From: Paraspadella gotoi
Lineage: Eukaryota; Animalia; Chaetognatha
Reading direction: 5' to 3'
Length of the DNA stretch: 63,948 bases
Assembly (NCBI GenBank): GCA_051294375.1
Contig: CM119270.1
Span: 10,629,850 to 10,693,797, forward strand
Shown here: positions 42,393-57,490 of the stretch, one piece after another
How positions within the stretch are numbered: the stretch's first letter is position 1
Layout of the letters: each line of letters begins with the position of its first letter
Translations under genes and position numbers: made by a program
Notes under the pieces: model-generated
What the model was told of the DNA's origin: nothing
Database searches by the model: none
What the model saw: the letters and a program-made list of their open reading frames with translations, nothing else

Positions 42393-44581
42393 ATAGACCA
42401 ATGGAAACAAGCTTAATGAAATTTAAACAAATAAACGAAACAAGCAATGGAACTGTTACATCTGCCTGCTGTCCTTGTTATCTAAGGACACTTTTAGCTT
42501 CAACTTTAAAACCTTTTTTACGGTCATTTCTTGAAATTAGGGATTTGTTAAGATCATGATTACACAATTTTTTTGCTCTGCACACTGATTGCAAATTTTA
42601 GTATTAAGTGTAATTTTACTGCTCGCATAGCATTTGATTTAGAGTTTTCAATCTTATTAGTGCAATAATAGAGTATTCATAAAACTATAATATTTATAAA
42701 ATTTTACAGTTGCTAGGATAAATAGTAGGAGACAAAAAACCATTTAAAATCATTTATATATATATATATATTAATAAAATTCAACAACGACTAGTAAAAC
42801 TCATTCATGCACAAATTGTATATAAAAAAAACCTGCATAAATGAGGGTAATAGAAATGTCAACCAATCACGATTTCTATTCTGTGAATTAAAAAAAGAAA
42901 AAAAATCCCTAGAATCAAAGATAATCAGATAATTGAATTATTTAGAAGAAAAAAGACCATGAAGACCAACGAGTTAATAACAATTTCGGTATTTTCAGGC
43001 TCGACTCGAATAACAACAACAAAGGGGACAAAATGTAACGAAAAGCGACAAGTGAAATATAAAACTACACAGAAGAAACGAGATTAAGAGGAGCAAGAAA
43101 GGGAAAACTGACCTTTTTCATTAACGTCGTAATTTTCATGGAATCATTGTTTTTAAGGCACAAATGAATTAGTAAAAATAAGATGAATGGTGTAGTCTGA
43201 AAATTTAATGAATGAGTTTTGTGAAAATATTCAAAAAATAACTTAACACGGATTCAAAAGGGAGTGGAATGAAAAGATCAAAACTGATTTTGACTCTGGT
43301 AGAAAAATTGGCTGACGTTTTTTATTTTTCAACCCCCAGTGGTCCAGTTTCCTTATGTTTTTATTTATGTGCTCCATCAATAGCAGGGTCGAATTTAAAA
43401 AAAAAAAATTTGCCATTGAACAATAAGAATGTTAAAAGCTTTTTCACAACTAACAATGACAGCCATTTTTATTTTGCTGTTTTTAATAAAATAAAAATTT
43501 CAGCATTGAAAAAATTGAAAAAGAACAATGATCTGGCAACATCCAGTGCTCATTAAACCTTGAAAATATATTAATAAGAAATTTGTTACACGCTCCGAAA
43601 ACATTTAACAACTAAATAAATGTAAAAGAAATTAAAAAATTATTGGCTCAATATTTTTTCACAATGAGTTTAAAATAGAACTATCAAAATAAGAGAAAAA
43701 ATACTGCAATAAGCTGCGGAAGTTGTATGATAAAGTAATTAAAATCATTTGTTTATATTAGGAATAATAAACGTCAAGAAATTTTTTACTACATAAAATG
43801 AACAAATAATTAATCACACATTCAGTCAGTTAAGAGTTATTAACAACTCTTTTCATTTCACTCCCATTTTTGAATGCCGTGTATAAAAAGGCAGAAACGA
43901 AATTAACCTATAACTTTTTTTTTCTAAAAAAAATATGCAATAAACAGACAATCAGATTTAGAGAAGACAGAGACAAACTGAGCAATGAAAGTTATTTTAG
44001 GCGACGACGACATACAAAATAAATCAATCAAGCAGGCTGCCGACAAGCAAAATTTCCAACACAAGCAACATTTGACCAGTACGAATTTGTGGATTGGTGG
44101 ATCAGTGGGCTGAAGACAACTATCGTAATCCATAGCACGCCATGGAAAGGGTTCCCAAGGCTGTGAACCAGACTTGACGGGTTTTTCAGCCCCCGGAGTT
44201 TACGGCGTCTCACGCTTACCCGCAGGTTATGTACCGGATTGGGAATAAAACCCGGTAGCCTTTTACTCAATGTTTCACAACTGGTCAGACTGATGCTTAT
44301 TGCTTCATATATGGCGGTAAACTATGCAATGCCGATTACACGATGACGACGTAATGACAATGAGAGAAAGATCTTAACTTGAATTTTGCTTAAATTAAAA
44401 CTAATTTTAATTTAAATTTCCTTTAAAAAAATTTCAAATAAACGAATCTCGAGGCTTATTTAGTATTTCTTCATATTAATTCTCTAAATAAAAGTTACTT
44501 TTACTTTCTCCTTTACTTTCTTAATAACCGAACGTACGAACCCATCTCGCCAAATCCTTAATCCCTTCCCCAAAATAAAGA

Positions 44582-47500
44582 CTAGAATGCCGCTCAGCGT
44601 CAACGCCTCCTACATCCGGTTTGACCGTCGTCGTCCCATAACGAGGCTACAACCGACCGAATCATCCCCTCGACGCGCTCAACTCTTTTCGTTGCGGGAA
44701 AAAATATAGATCAAAATATAATATATAGCATGCGATAAAAAAATAAAGATGCTAAAAAGGATAAAAAAAACAGATAGTCTTTAATTTCGTCCGACATTGT
44801 CGTTCCGTCGTGTTTTTGAGGCTCGACGGACGAATCGCACCAAGTCGGTCGAGTCCACGTCCCCGCTCGGGAAGACGTTGCCCGTCTTTGGCGCCCTTTA
44901 TCGTTTAAAAAATGTTTTTATATTAAAGTAATAATTTCGTATCTCGTATCTTTTCCAATGATCTCATCACCGGCCAATCAAATCTACCCACCAAGTGACT
45001 GCAACAGCCCGTGGATTGTCGTAGACCTCTCGACCAAGAGAGGATCGATCTGCTCTTGGTTCATCGTCTCAGATGCCTCCGCGAGTGAGTGCGTGAAGAG
45101 TTCGGACCGAAGTCAGCGGCCATCAAAGAGGCGAGGGAGAGGGTGGAGGATTTCGCGCCTCGTGGACTGAGGACAGATAGAGGGAGAGAAGCTCGGTGTA
45201 ACCTGGGATTAAAAGGGACACGGAAGTTGGTAAAGGGGAGCAGGGGGGTTGGGCTCATTTAGCTTAGACTGTATTGGGATATTAAAAAAGTATTCTTGTT
45301 CAAATTCATGCTGATTCCTACAATTTTTCTACAGTAAATAATTCAAATGTTTTTTATATTAAAAGTCGTCTCAAGTGTTTTGAAGCATTTTTTTTTTTTC
45401 TTCGCATGCATCCCTTGCGAGCCGTAGACCAATCAGCGGCTAAGGTTATGCAGCAGTAGCAGCAGCTGTGAACCAACAGGACCTTTAGTTTGCTTTTCAC
45501 TTTATTGGTGATTTCTTTTTTCCGTTTAAAACGCCAACAGGTTCGGATATATTTTTTGTGGCGATTAACGAAAAGTCGCTATAAGATCTATCACGTATGC
45601 GACTTCTATCCTCATAGTTTAGTTGATAATTTATTGGTAATTAAACGAACTTTAAACGCGAAATCTTCCCTAAATTGGCGGGTACCGTTGAGGAGTCAAC
45701 AACCGCCCCACTAAGTAAAGTCTCCTGTTTTTTTTAATTTTTTTTATTTTATTTTTTTGTTGACTCTTTCTGCCGTTTTGGGATAATAAGTTTAACGCGA
45801 ATGCTCATCGCCTTTGACGAATCTTTTTCGCAGAAATTTATCTCGCTGATCAAAAATGAGTTCGATGGAGAACCCGAGAAAAGTGACAGCCGTTCACGTC
45901 TGGCGCAATCACTGTGGTTCCTCCTATCTTTCCCGGCTTGGTTTCGGTAAGGGAATAGTAAAGTAAAATAAGTAAAATAAGTAATGGCGAATCAATCTTT
46001 AGAATCAATCAAATCAAATAAACTAACTATAAAATGAAACGGCAATCGGACTGAAGCTGAAAGAAGAACTAAAATTTTAGTCAGTTATTTCATCAAACGA
46101 TCAAGACATTTGCAAATAGAATTCCTTTCGCATCACAGGACCACACACGGGGATGGTTCGTCCTTGGCGAGGCGTGGTCTCGTCACGTTTTCCAGTCGGA
46201 GACTGTGAAACCAAATTGGTTCATCGTCATCTTCACCGTCGCTGGCTACGGCTTCGGCAGAGGCTTCCCCCGACAGCACCAGACGTAAGTTAAGATGATT
46301 TAAAACTAAATTGATTATCCGCCGTATTCGAGTATTAAATCTTTCTACTCACCATCATCATCCTTTACTATCGTTTGAAAAATTTGGAATATCCTAGTTA
46401 GGAACTGAGAATTACAAATCAGTTGTCTAAAGATCATCGGTAGCGATATCACATCAACTCAATAAAAATTGACGGTTTTTTTTTCATTCATGAAAAAAAA
46501 TCCTGAAGCCTTTCTCTGTTGTTGGCTTGGCCGGAGGACTCAATTCCTCTTCATGCTTCGACGTGGAAAACAGAGCTGAGGTTTAGGTGATCAATTCACG
46601 TGGTGGGCGAGCCGGTTTCCGGTTACTTTGCTCAAACGGAACGATGTGAAAGCAAAAAGGAAAGAATTTATCGGAAACGGACGTGGACCTACGACGAAAG
46701 AGCGGGGCCTATTTCACACGACTTGATTTGGAGAATTTTCGCAATAAATCTAAGAAGAATAAATGCGAATCTGTACTTAAGTTTTCTTTTCATTTGGCAG
46801 TTAGTGTGTGTGCAAATGTTTGGTCAGTGCTTATAAAATCTGTGATCTTCCGTTGCTTTAAAATTTGTGTTTTAACTTTAGCCTTCAACATCATTAACAT
46901 TATCATAAACAGTGAGCAACATTAAACATTAAGTTTTGTTATTGTCAAAATGTTTTTTTACGGTAATAATAAAAAAAACGATCCCTCATTTAAACGCACC
47001 AAACAAATTTTCTAAAAGTATAACAACAACCTGCACTGCCCAGTTGTGGATGAAATCCTTGGCGGGTGCAGTGAGAAGCGGACGGAGTTCGGACGCAAAG
47101 AAACTGATCAACCATGAGAAGAATGAAGTGAGGTGTTGTCCGGACGAAGGATCGAGGAAGTAAGAGTTGTAGCAGAACTGGATGTGTTCAGCGTGGATGT
47201 TTGGACGTCTGGTCAGGTAGGGATGATGACATACGTGATCGTTGACATAATATGAAAATAAATTTTATATTAATAGTATCATATAAACAGAATATATCAC
47301 AGCTGGCAAGAGTCTCTGGGCAATTGAAGAGGCAAGAAGAATGGAGTCGTCAGGTTCGTGGTCTCTCCACATCGCTTCTCGCATGTCGAAAAAACATCGC
47401 GTGAAGAGTAATGAATGCATTCGAATCATTCCACGACCTGAGGATATCAGTCAAACAATCAATCAATCAATCAATCAATGACAATCTTATAAGATCAAAA

Positions 47501-50364
47501 ACAGTGTTAAAAAGCTTAACAGCAACAGACAACCCTTTTTACCCTTCAATAAGAGCGATCTGGGTCTTACTTGTTGAGTTGCACGAAAAAGGCTTGAGTG
47601 GTTTTGGCGAAATCTGATGGAATCCGCGAACGATTTCGTGGGTCATGTTCAAAAGGGTGTACAATAGAGTCCGAACCTAAAGGAAGTGAATGGTAAATAT
47701 ATAATGTGTATATATGAATGATAATATATGTAGTTGTCACTATTTATTTTGAAAAGAGATTTATTGTTTCATTTACCCCGTGAGCCAATTCTGATGAAAC
47801 GAAAAATTAATTATATGTTAAACTATATGCCAATAAGAAATAATTTATAAAAACCAATTGAAAGAAAAATCTATGTGACTTTTTCACAAAAAGTGCAAAA
47901 GCATTGCTTAAAAAACTTCTATATAATATCTCTATATATGTAAAGTTGAATGCTCATAACAACCTTGGTCTGCTTACAAACCTTTCAAGCTCTAAATCAC
48001 CAAAATAAAAAAATATTGTATTTTTACCGGTTGGACCTCAGGATAAGCTAAGTGAATATCCCCTCTTATTCTCTGAATCTTGTATGTTTGAAAATTTAAG
48101 TTAGAAAAACTTTTATGCAGCGGATGTTGTGATTCGCCTGGTTTACTTAATCTGAGCTTAAATTACCAATTTTTTAAATTTGTTTGTCTCTTATATACTT
48201 ATGCTCTCTCTATCTTTAGGCTCTCTATATTAGTATCTATGAAGCTAATTAATAGGCAGTTTGAATAGACATCTTCGTCTTCCGAGATAATCTTTTGACT
48301 CAAAAAAGCTTATTCTTGAAATGCTTAGTCACCAGCTAGAACTATTTCAATAATAAGACTGGAGGCATCATTCTCTCAAAAATCAAAAGATTTATGGATC
48401 TTAATAGTGTTGTCAATATTATTATATTATCTCTATATTATATTATGTTACACAGCCCTTAAAACTTAATACAAATTTATTCACTTGCACTCGAATTTTT
48501 ACATTATTCATTATCTGCTCTTATATCTATTTGGCGATTTATATTCTCTATCGTTGTGAAAATAGATTTGAAGTATGTTAATGATAATGATTAAATATAA
48601 TTTATCATAAAAACGTCCAAGTAGTTTATATATATATCTTATTTATAAATTATATTCTGAGTAGTCTATATCAATCTCAGTAAGTACTGAGAAGTAGTTT
48701 CTCTATTCGATTGATTTTGGCTCACGGGAAACATTAATTCGTCAAAAAATATTTTTTAATTTAGTACATTTCGATATCTATACTATCTCGTTTGACATTT
48801 GTCCCTTTTCCTGACTGAGTTATGTGAAAAGTGTCTTTTGCATCACAGTGAGCTGAAAAATGGCAAAAAGATCCAAAAACGAGAGAATCCTCGGCGAGTT
48901 AATTGTTTTCCTGAAATCGGAGAAACTTAAATTGAATCTTGATTAAATTAAGTTATGTATGAAAAATCTCACGCGGGTCCGATCAGATTTGAAGATGTTG
49001 CCGATTCGCTGGGCGGAGTCGATTGTGTGTCTGAAACGGGGCGGAAAGCTGGGCACGACTGGACAAAGGAGCGTCTTCTTCGAACCGCCTCTTGGTTACT
49101 GGGAAAGTGAAATGTGTCGTCAAAGCAATGCTTCAACGAATTCTAAAAGTAGCTGCGCAGCGCGCAAAGCAAGAAAAAAAAAATATTTGGTTAAAAATCG
49201 ATTTTTTATAATTTATTGGTTGAAAATATCTTTTTAAGTAAAAGAGGTAAAAGCTCCTAACTTATATCTCTCTACTTGTTCTGCAAAATCTTCTTTTTCC
49301 TCTCAGCAGCTGTCTCAATCCCCTTCAGAAATCCACTCTTTCCTCATCCCGATCTTTTTCACGCATTTTCGAGTCGACAAACTTGAACAGAATCTTCGAC
49401 TCTTCACGTGATCGTCGCATTGGACTCGTAGACGCATTTCCATGTTCTGTATGTAGTTGTTGGATAAAATGTAACTATGACTCTCATCTCTCTTCTCTCT
49501 TTTCTCTCCTCTCTCATCTCTCCTCTCTCTCTCGTCTCTCTTCTGTCATCGTTTGTTCTCTCTCTTCTTCTTCTCTTCTCTACTCCTCTTCTTATACGCG
49601 TTTCGCCTGAAGAAAGCCCTTGCAAAGATTCACATGTATGATGGTCTGTCTGTATAGTATACTCTCTTATATTGTGTCTTCTTGTCCCACAACCCAGCAG
49701 ATTCTCTTCTCTCTTTTGAGTCTGATCTTTTGCGTCCGGCTCGACCGACGACGGGTTCCGGAGTCCCTGCGGGAGTGGCTTCCGGCGTAGTGACGGCTGG
49801 AGTGGCTCGAGAGGGGGAAGACGGTAGGAGTGTCGGAATCGGCGGGCCGTGGTTATCGATAGAGATACATTGGGATAGGACGGGCTAAGAGTGGCAGAGA
49901 AATATGGATAATACTTGTTAAAGGGTAAAAGTTTTTATTTTTTATTATTTTACAACTTTGTACATTAGTATTAGTAAGATATACAGTAGCGATACATTAG
50001 AAAAGAAGGTTGTATGACAAATTTATGAGTAAAATTACGATAATTTATTGTTGTTAATATACGAAGTAAAACATTTAGTTTAAAAATATAAAAATTTAAC
50101 TATATTATTTACTTTACTTGTTTAGTCACCTCGTTTTATCACCTTTCCTCTAAATCCGCACCGTTCTCATTTGACTATGAGACGCCGTCATCGTCCTCTT
50201 CGCGCCGGAGGCGACGCTTCAGAAGGCGCCCTGGCGCTCTTTTCCTCACCACCAAAAACTTTTCAGCGGCGGGAGAACGTCGTTCCCGGCAGAGATTCCG
50301 GCGTTGGCGGCGTCGTCGGCGCCGACATAGTTCTCGCGAAGCCTTTTTAGCGGTGTTTCGTCAT
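44582..50364 (-). pseudogene. Frameshifted copy of the NR1J receptor gene, with its nested gene at 45801-46649; probably artefactual
   Basis: All exons are recognisable but carry many frameshifts; there is an A-rich insertion at about 44700-44778. Confidence 0.75.
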
Positions 50365-51297
50365 CGATTCCTCTCCTTTGAAATCTCAATTCTTCGATCT
50401 CACGGCCAAAGTCTTGAAATGGCGCGCCTATTTTAAAAAAATCGGCGGCGCGTGGGGAGGGGTTTTGGAAAGGTTTTTATCAAAGGCACGACCGGGTTGC
50501 GTCCGACGCGAGTCGTCGAGAGAAGAACTAAGGCACAAAAAATTATGAAAATAGAATTGGTAGTATATTGTGAAATAGCATCGGTGAAAATGATTGAGGT
50601 AAACGGAAATTTTTTAAGAAAAATGATATAAAATAATCAACAGCATCAAAAAAGATTAATATTTTTGTATAAAATTTATTATATATATAAATTTTTCATA
50701 AAATAGCGTTTTAAGTTAATGAAGATCAAGACGAAAAGATATAAGTAACCATTTCTGCCCAATAACAGTGGCAAAGCATAATAACGCCTTGACGCTTGTT
50801 TATAAATTGAACTATAAATATTTTTTGTAACGATACTATTTATAGCAAGAGTCTCTTTCTTACAGTAGAAGATCCAAAAGCATACTCTTATTGCAAGAAG
50901 AAAAAAAAACAAAAACAAAAGGAACATCAATGGCAAATAGTAAAAAACAATAAGCAAAATATGGACAAAACAATTACACAGTTGACTAAATTGCATGATT
51001 GTGCTCTGTGCAGCTAGTGAAACTGCTCTTTAACTTAGTTTAAAGCCGGACGTCAACAGCGGCTGTCAGTTTTCATTGGAATTTTTTTGTGAATGGCATG
51101 ACGTCATTGCGGGATCCAAAGCGCGAACTGTTGACGATATCTGACGCTGGAACGGTGACTTCGTCGTGGCTTAGTTTTCGTCAATTTTCGTCAGCTTGCC
51201 AATATCCGACAATTCTTTCTATATTTTCTAACGGTTTTGTCAATCATTGTATGCCATATTTAAATCATTTTATTTTTTTACAAATAACACTTGACGT

Positions 51298-53292
51298 TTA
51301 ATCTTTTCATCTTTCCCCGATTTGCGCTCCAAGTTTCGAAGCCAGCGCGGCCAACCCAGCGTTCCTAAACCGGAAGGCGGCGGAAAATATTCCCTCTTCC
51401 CTGCGCTGCGCGGCTAAACGACGACGCTGCGCTGCTAACACCTACTAAGCCGCTTCCTGCATGTCCTCGCCGCGTCAACTGTTGCTTGCTGCAGTTGATG
51501 CTGCTGATGAGAGGCCCGATGCTCTTTCTGCCGCCTTGGCGCTTGCCATCCAATCGCCAGCCGCTTCAGCGGCAGAATCCTTAGGCATCGCCGCTGCCGC
51601 TGCCCGCAGGCACACACCTTTCGTATTTGGATTCTTTGCCTTCGCAAAGGAACTATTACTTTCCTCGCGTTTTTTGAACAGACTGCTGTTTGCTGTCAGA
51701 GATCCTTGAGTCCTACGTTTGCTGCAGGAGCACCTTTGGGTGCTTCTAAGTTTTCGCGATGCGTAAATTCGATGCGTCAGATTCCTATCGCACATTTTGA
51801 TACTTCGTTGTCCTCCCTAGTCGTCGTCGCCACCCTGGATCGAATAGACTCCCTGCGAGATGCTGTAGTAGTGTTCCTCGCGACCTCGAGATTTCTTCGA
51901 GTCTTTCTCTCTCGTCGTCGTACGACCTCCGACTTTCTCTCCCGTCTCTGCCATCCGTGTTCCCCGCTTCCTCTGCTCCCTCTCCCTCCTCTCCTTCCGC
52001 CCATGTCCCTCCTCGACTCTCACTTCCTCCGTCTTTCCTCCCCTCCTTCTTCCTTTTCCTCTCTTTTTCCTTTTTCTTTCCTCTCTCCTCTAATTCTCCC
52101 TTTCTCTCTCTCATGTCTCCCTTCGTCCTCTTCCTCCCTCCGCTTCCTTCTCCCTCTTCTCCTTTTCCGCCCTGAGCTTCTCCTCGTCGGGCGGCCTGTT
52201 CCCGTCTCGAACTCTTCCTTGGATTGACGAAGGAACCTTGGATCATCAAGAGCCTCCGTCGTCGGCCTTCCGAGTAAGAATCATGTCGGTCAGGGGTTGG
52301 GTTGTCTTGCACTTCATGAAATTTTTTGAGGGGTGGGGGACGGGGGAACTTTGGAATATGGTTATTATAAGGTTTATTACCTAAAATAAAATTTGTATGT
52401 TTGATTCAAAACAAGGTCTCGTAGTCTGAAGTCCTTTTTTTTGTGCAGTTTTTTTTTAAATGGTGTTTTAACTGCGGACATATAAAATTCAAAAAAAGGT
52501 CATAAATGTATTAAAGTAACTTTTCTTTAATACACTCTCCTCGCTGCATTCCAAATCGTCCTCACGCAATAATCGCCCGGGATTTGTTCTTGGTTTTGGT
52601 TTCTTCTTCTTCTTGTTCTTCCTTTTTTTTCTTCGCTTCTTCGGGCAGATTTCAGACTCGAGCGCTTGTCCAAACTTCTGATTTCAAGTGTGTTCACAGC
52701 TCTCCAATGAAGTTTTTTCCATTATTGAACCCACACACACCACAGCGCGCCATCAACCAGACCTGCATGATGATTGTTCTCCACCCATGAGCCTCTTGAA
52801 GACGATGAGAGTCGCGGCGGCCTTTTGAAACTATGATCGAACATGCGGTTGCAGTCGTACATCGCGTCTGAGGCCCTGAAGGACGTCCAATCCTTGAGCA
52901 CGGCCTCCAAGAAATTGTTCTGCAGGATGCAATGAAAAAAGAATAGAAGGCCACAACATTCTTGGCTCGTTTATACAATGATTTAACTATAATTGTCCAA
53001 CCCTCTCTGGATGCTCCAGAAGCGTCCCAAGCAACTTATCTCACACATCTATCTCTACCTGCGTGATCCCTACGTCCTGCCAAGTAGGTCTAAGGAGCAC
53101 ACTCCCACCAATCTCCTCCGTAGTTTTTTGTGGATTCCTCATTGACTCGGTGGGGATTGCTCCTCGAGGGTCCCGTAGACGAAGGCACTTCTCGTCCATG
53201 AAGTTCTCCACGGGAACTCGCCACACTTGGGTGACGAGAAAATGCCGAAAGACACCCGTCGAAGGATCCAGTCGTCATACGTCGTCCGCCAT
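51298..53292 (-). pseudogene. Frameshifted copy of CFAP36; probably artefactual
   Basis: Fragments MWRVPVENFMDEKCL and SAAEAAGDWMASAKA appear in shifting frames. Confidence 0.75.
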
Positions 53293-53365
53293 AGGCTTGG
53301 AGAAGGGGGGGAGGGGAGAGAGAGAGAGAAGAGACGAGAAATAGAGAGAGAGAGAGGAGAAGAGA

Positions 53366-53407
<42 letters not shown>

Positions 53408-56345
53408 TGGAGAAAACGGAGACGGGAAGAGAGGAGGGAAGGAATCTGAAATCGTTGAAGGATTGACAGAGAAAAAGTAGAAGTATGTAAATTTTTCACA
53501 AAGCCAACAAAAGAAAACAAGAAAAAACTTCAAATATTAAATTGAAATAGCACTTTCGTTAAAGAAATCCTTAACGTTAAATAAGGGTAAGCACGCTCTT
53601 TATTCTACCTAAAATTAAATACCGTTGCGAACAAGAGTCAACGAAAACCCGAAAGATATCACATAGGGTTAATGAGACAATTAGTTTTACCAATAAAAAC
53701 CAAATTTAAACTTGATTATGTTTTTAAATAAAATTTTCTTAAAACAAAGTGAAGCGCACACAAAATCAGATTCGCGTTAAATTATGAAATATAAAATGTT
53801 TTTATATTATTAATTTAGTAAAAGTGTCTAAATTGATTGGACAAAAAGAAAGAACCGGAGGGTTTCTGCTCCTGTCTAGAATCATTTTTGAAGAAAAAGG
53901 TTGTGTAGAAAAAAAGTTGTTGTCTCGTCAAATTTTTTTGAAAAATTTTTTGGCTGAAAATAAAATAATTCCAAGAAAAAAAAACAATAAAAAGGACCCG
54001 CGGTTACTTGTATTGACCAAAGTGTTCAGTACATCCACCTTGATGAATATATTGTGAATCTTTAAAGCCAAACATCAAAAAAAGGGGACGCCGGGTTTTG
54101 GAGAAAGCCTCTCTAATACCACCATTAAAAAAGAAAATAAAAGACTAAAAAGCTTTCCTTCTTGGAGAAAAACATACTTTAAATCGCCTCATAAGATTAA
54201 CAAAAAGAGAATATTTTTGACCAACAAAGTGAAGTAATCACCACCTATGAAAAAAAATTATATTCTATTGGCGTCAAGACTTATACTACTTATACTTTAA
54301 CCAGCACAACCATAGACTAACTTTAGACTACTTAAAGCTGAGAAGTGCATCAGGACTTTTTAATCTCTTTAACTCCAAACATTAACTGTTGAGTCTCTTA
54401 AAGATAATTTATTTAAATTTTAAAAAAATGATACGACTCATAACGCGCTCTCATATGATTTGTTTATTATTACATTAATTCAGTGTTATAATTATTTCTT
54501 CATCCTAATATTGAAAATAAAGATTTGACAACACAAAGTTTAAATTGATATTTTCCTATCTTATTATTCATTTTTATGTTATCAAAATTATATAAGTTAC
54601 TAAATGAACCGAATTTTTAACCGAGACGTTTTTAGAAAAATGAACGGTTAAAGGAAACTAACTTTAGTTACAAGTTACGATTTAAAAAAAATGTAAGGTG
54701 TTGAAAAATGTCTCTGACACACAGCAGAGACGAATCATGGCCACGATTTTGGATGAATATAAAAAGGCGTTCAACGCGACCTTTTCCCCCTCAATAAATT
54801 GAGGAACAATAAAGAAAAGATAAAAAGTTCAAGGTCGAGAAAAATCGATTAGGTTTCGGAATCGTCATCAAGATCCTTTTTTTTTCTTTGATATGGAAAT
54901 GTTCAGGGTAAAAATCATCTGGGCCCAGGTTTTGAGGCGACATCTGGATGTCCTGGCTTTTTTAAAACAAATTTGTATAATCTCAATTACTCGGCCTTGA
55001 GTTTTGGAGGAGAGAAAATAAAAGTTGATAACGTTGGATTTTTATATTTTTTTTTTTTTTTGACAATCCAAACCATGTCGAAAAGTCTTTTACTATCAAT
55101 TGGAATGTGCAAAGAATGATATCACTATTCCTATTTATTGTTTCACATGGTTTGGTTCTTACCAATGTTTTAACTACTTTAGGATATAATTAAGATCAAC
55201 AGAGAGTTTCACAAACCCTAAGTTAATCAAATAATCGTTTTTGTTTTTTTTTTTTAAAGAAAGGGGGATTTAGATACCTGACAGCCAAAATTCTTTAATT
55301 TCACAGGGAGAAAATTGTTTTTCATTCCGAATTTCTTCGACGAAGAATCATCTTGGTGTGCGCTGCTCATCTGGTATCATTTTAACTTGCGATAAATTTG
55401 AACATCAAGCCTGTCTTGTCACTGGACGTTTGTCTTGTCTCCAGTGTTTGGGGTTTCTCTTAAAAGAGACAGTAATTAATTGTTATGTGTCAGTGAACAG
55501 AAACCGTATCAATATAAGCAGTCCATGAGCTTCGGAGCAGCTGTAATACAACCGTGTTCAGTAATCAAAGAGTAATATCAATTTTTAATAAAGAAGATTA
55601 ATCTACATTGAAAACTTGTTTGGATTAAAACAAAATCAGAAATATTTATAAATCTAACATTGGAAATTTCTCTTTCAGTAGCTTCCTTCCTTTTTTTTTT
55701 GTAGGTCAAATCGTATTGAGTTAGAGGCAACAAAAATATTGTACTTAAAGATAAGAAATGATAAAAAAAAAAAATCAGATTAGTCTTCTAAAGCCATTTT
55801 TTGGTATTCTATTTAATTTATTTTTATTTCGAATAAAGAGTTTAAGTTTATTCTTTTTTTAATTTTTTAAATTTGTAAATAACGCTTAAGCCTTGCACCT
55901 CTTTTTAGTTTAAAAAAGATACTATTATAAGCTCTAGAAAAAAGAGAGGAAATGATGCGCAACATCAACAATCAGGGCTGAAAGAATTGCATTAAAAGAC
56001 ATGTGGAAAAAAATATTTCACTGTCATACCCTCAATTTTAATGTGCCCTGAAGAATGCAGGCAGTAATCAATGCCGAGGAAAAGACATATGCCAAATATT
56101 ACAAATGTTTTTATCCTCATGTTATTGTGTACTTTTTTATGAGAATAAATAAATTAGGGAGTGATATTACATTTTTCTGAATAGGTATTTTATATAATGG
56201 GAAAAATTTTTATTTAATTGAAAATACGAATTTCGATAAAAATTTTTTAAGGTACCGAAAATCTCATCTCTACTCTCTATCTCTCTCATCTCTCTCTCAA
56301 TCCTCTCTCTCTCTCTCTCCTCTCTACTCTCTTTACTCTCTGTCC

Positions 56346-56396
56346 AAAGCGCTGATGAAAGGCTTGCAAGGTAAAAGCCGAAACAATGTCTGTTTT
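56346..56396 (+). ncRNA. Noisy duplicate of the hammerhead motif
   Basis: aaagcgCTGATGAaaGGCTTgcaaggtaaAAGCCGAAAcaatGTCtgtttt, with three single-A insertions relative to 36337-36384. Confidence 0.45.
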
Positions 56397-56786
56397 AAAA
56401 TAAATCTACATCGTTTGTTGGTAAAAAACTTCGAGTCTTTAATCTCCATCGAATCTATTACGATAAGACACAACCAAAAGAAAAGAATTCTAAGCAACGA
56501 TACCAAAAACATAATCAGACAAATAGTTTTTAATAGTTTTTAAAAATTTTAATTTTTCACAATAGAATTTTATTAATAATTTTTATAATCATAACTTTTG
56601 TTGCTATTCAAAGTAAATTAGCAATTAACACATTCACTGAGGCCACACTTTCACACTAGAACGTTTCAGACGCGGGCCAAAGTCAAGGCGCCTCGATTCG
56701 CGACCGTTGTCGTCACCCACGCGCGTGCACGTCTCAAGAGAGGGTACGTTGCGAGAGAGTAGAGAGAGAGAAGAAGAGAAAGAGAG

Positions 56787-56822
<36 letters not shown>

Positions 56823-57458
56823 AACGAAGAGAGAGAAGAGAGAGAGAGAGAAGAGAGAGGAGAGAGAAGAGAGAGAGATGAGAGAGTCGGGAGAAGCAGG
56901 ATAAAGAATGAGCTTAGAGATGAGTCGCAATCGACATTTGCCAAAAATAAGTCTTATAGTAAAATGGCGCCGCGCCTTCGCGTTGGAATGGGCGGGGATT
57001 TATTTTTCTGGAATGAGAGGAGAAGACGGAGAAGTGGAATTGGAAATGGAAGGAAAACTGAGATGAATTTATTGTTGCACCCAATGAAAAACTGGAAGAA
57101 AAAAGAAAGAAAAATTGATAAAACCTGTATTTCAAAAAACTAAATTCCGACATCAAAAGGTCAACTTAAACCAAACTCTTCTTCTATCTCTCTCTCTCTA
57201 CTCCTACCACGAATTATCACTATTCATTATCCAGGTCTCTCTCGACCACACTGCACTTGCGCGGAACTCATAGAATTTCTTCCATACTCCTCTCCTCCCC
57301 GATCGAGCCAAGTTGCTGGGTTTTGGAAAGCGGATTGGCTCCCAGCTAACAGCAAAGTGTCGAGACCAATACACAGATCACGGCGGTCGATTTAACACTA
57401 CCCCTCACGCGAGTTCAGCAACATTCGAAAGCAGTCCGTCGATTCAACGATCAACACT

Positions 57459-57490
<32 letters not shown>
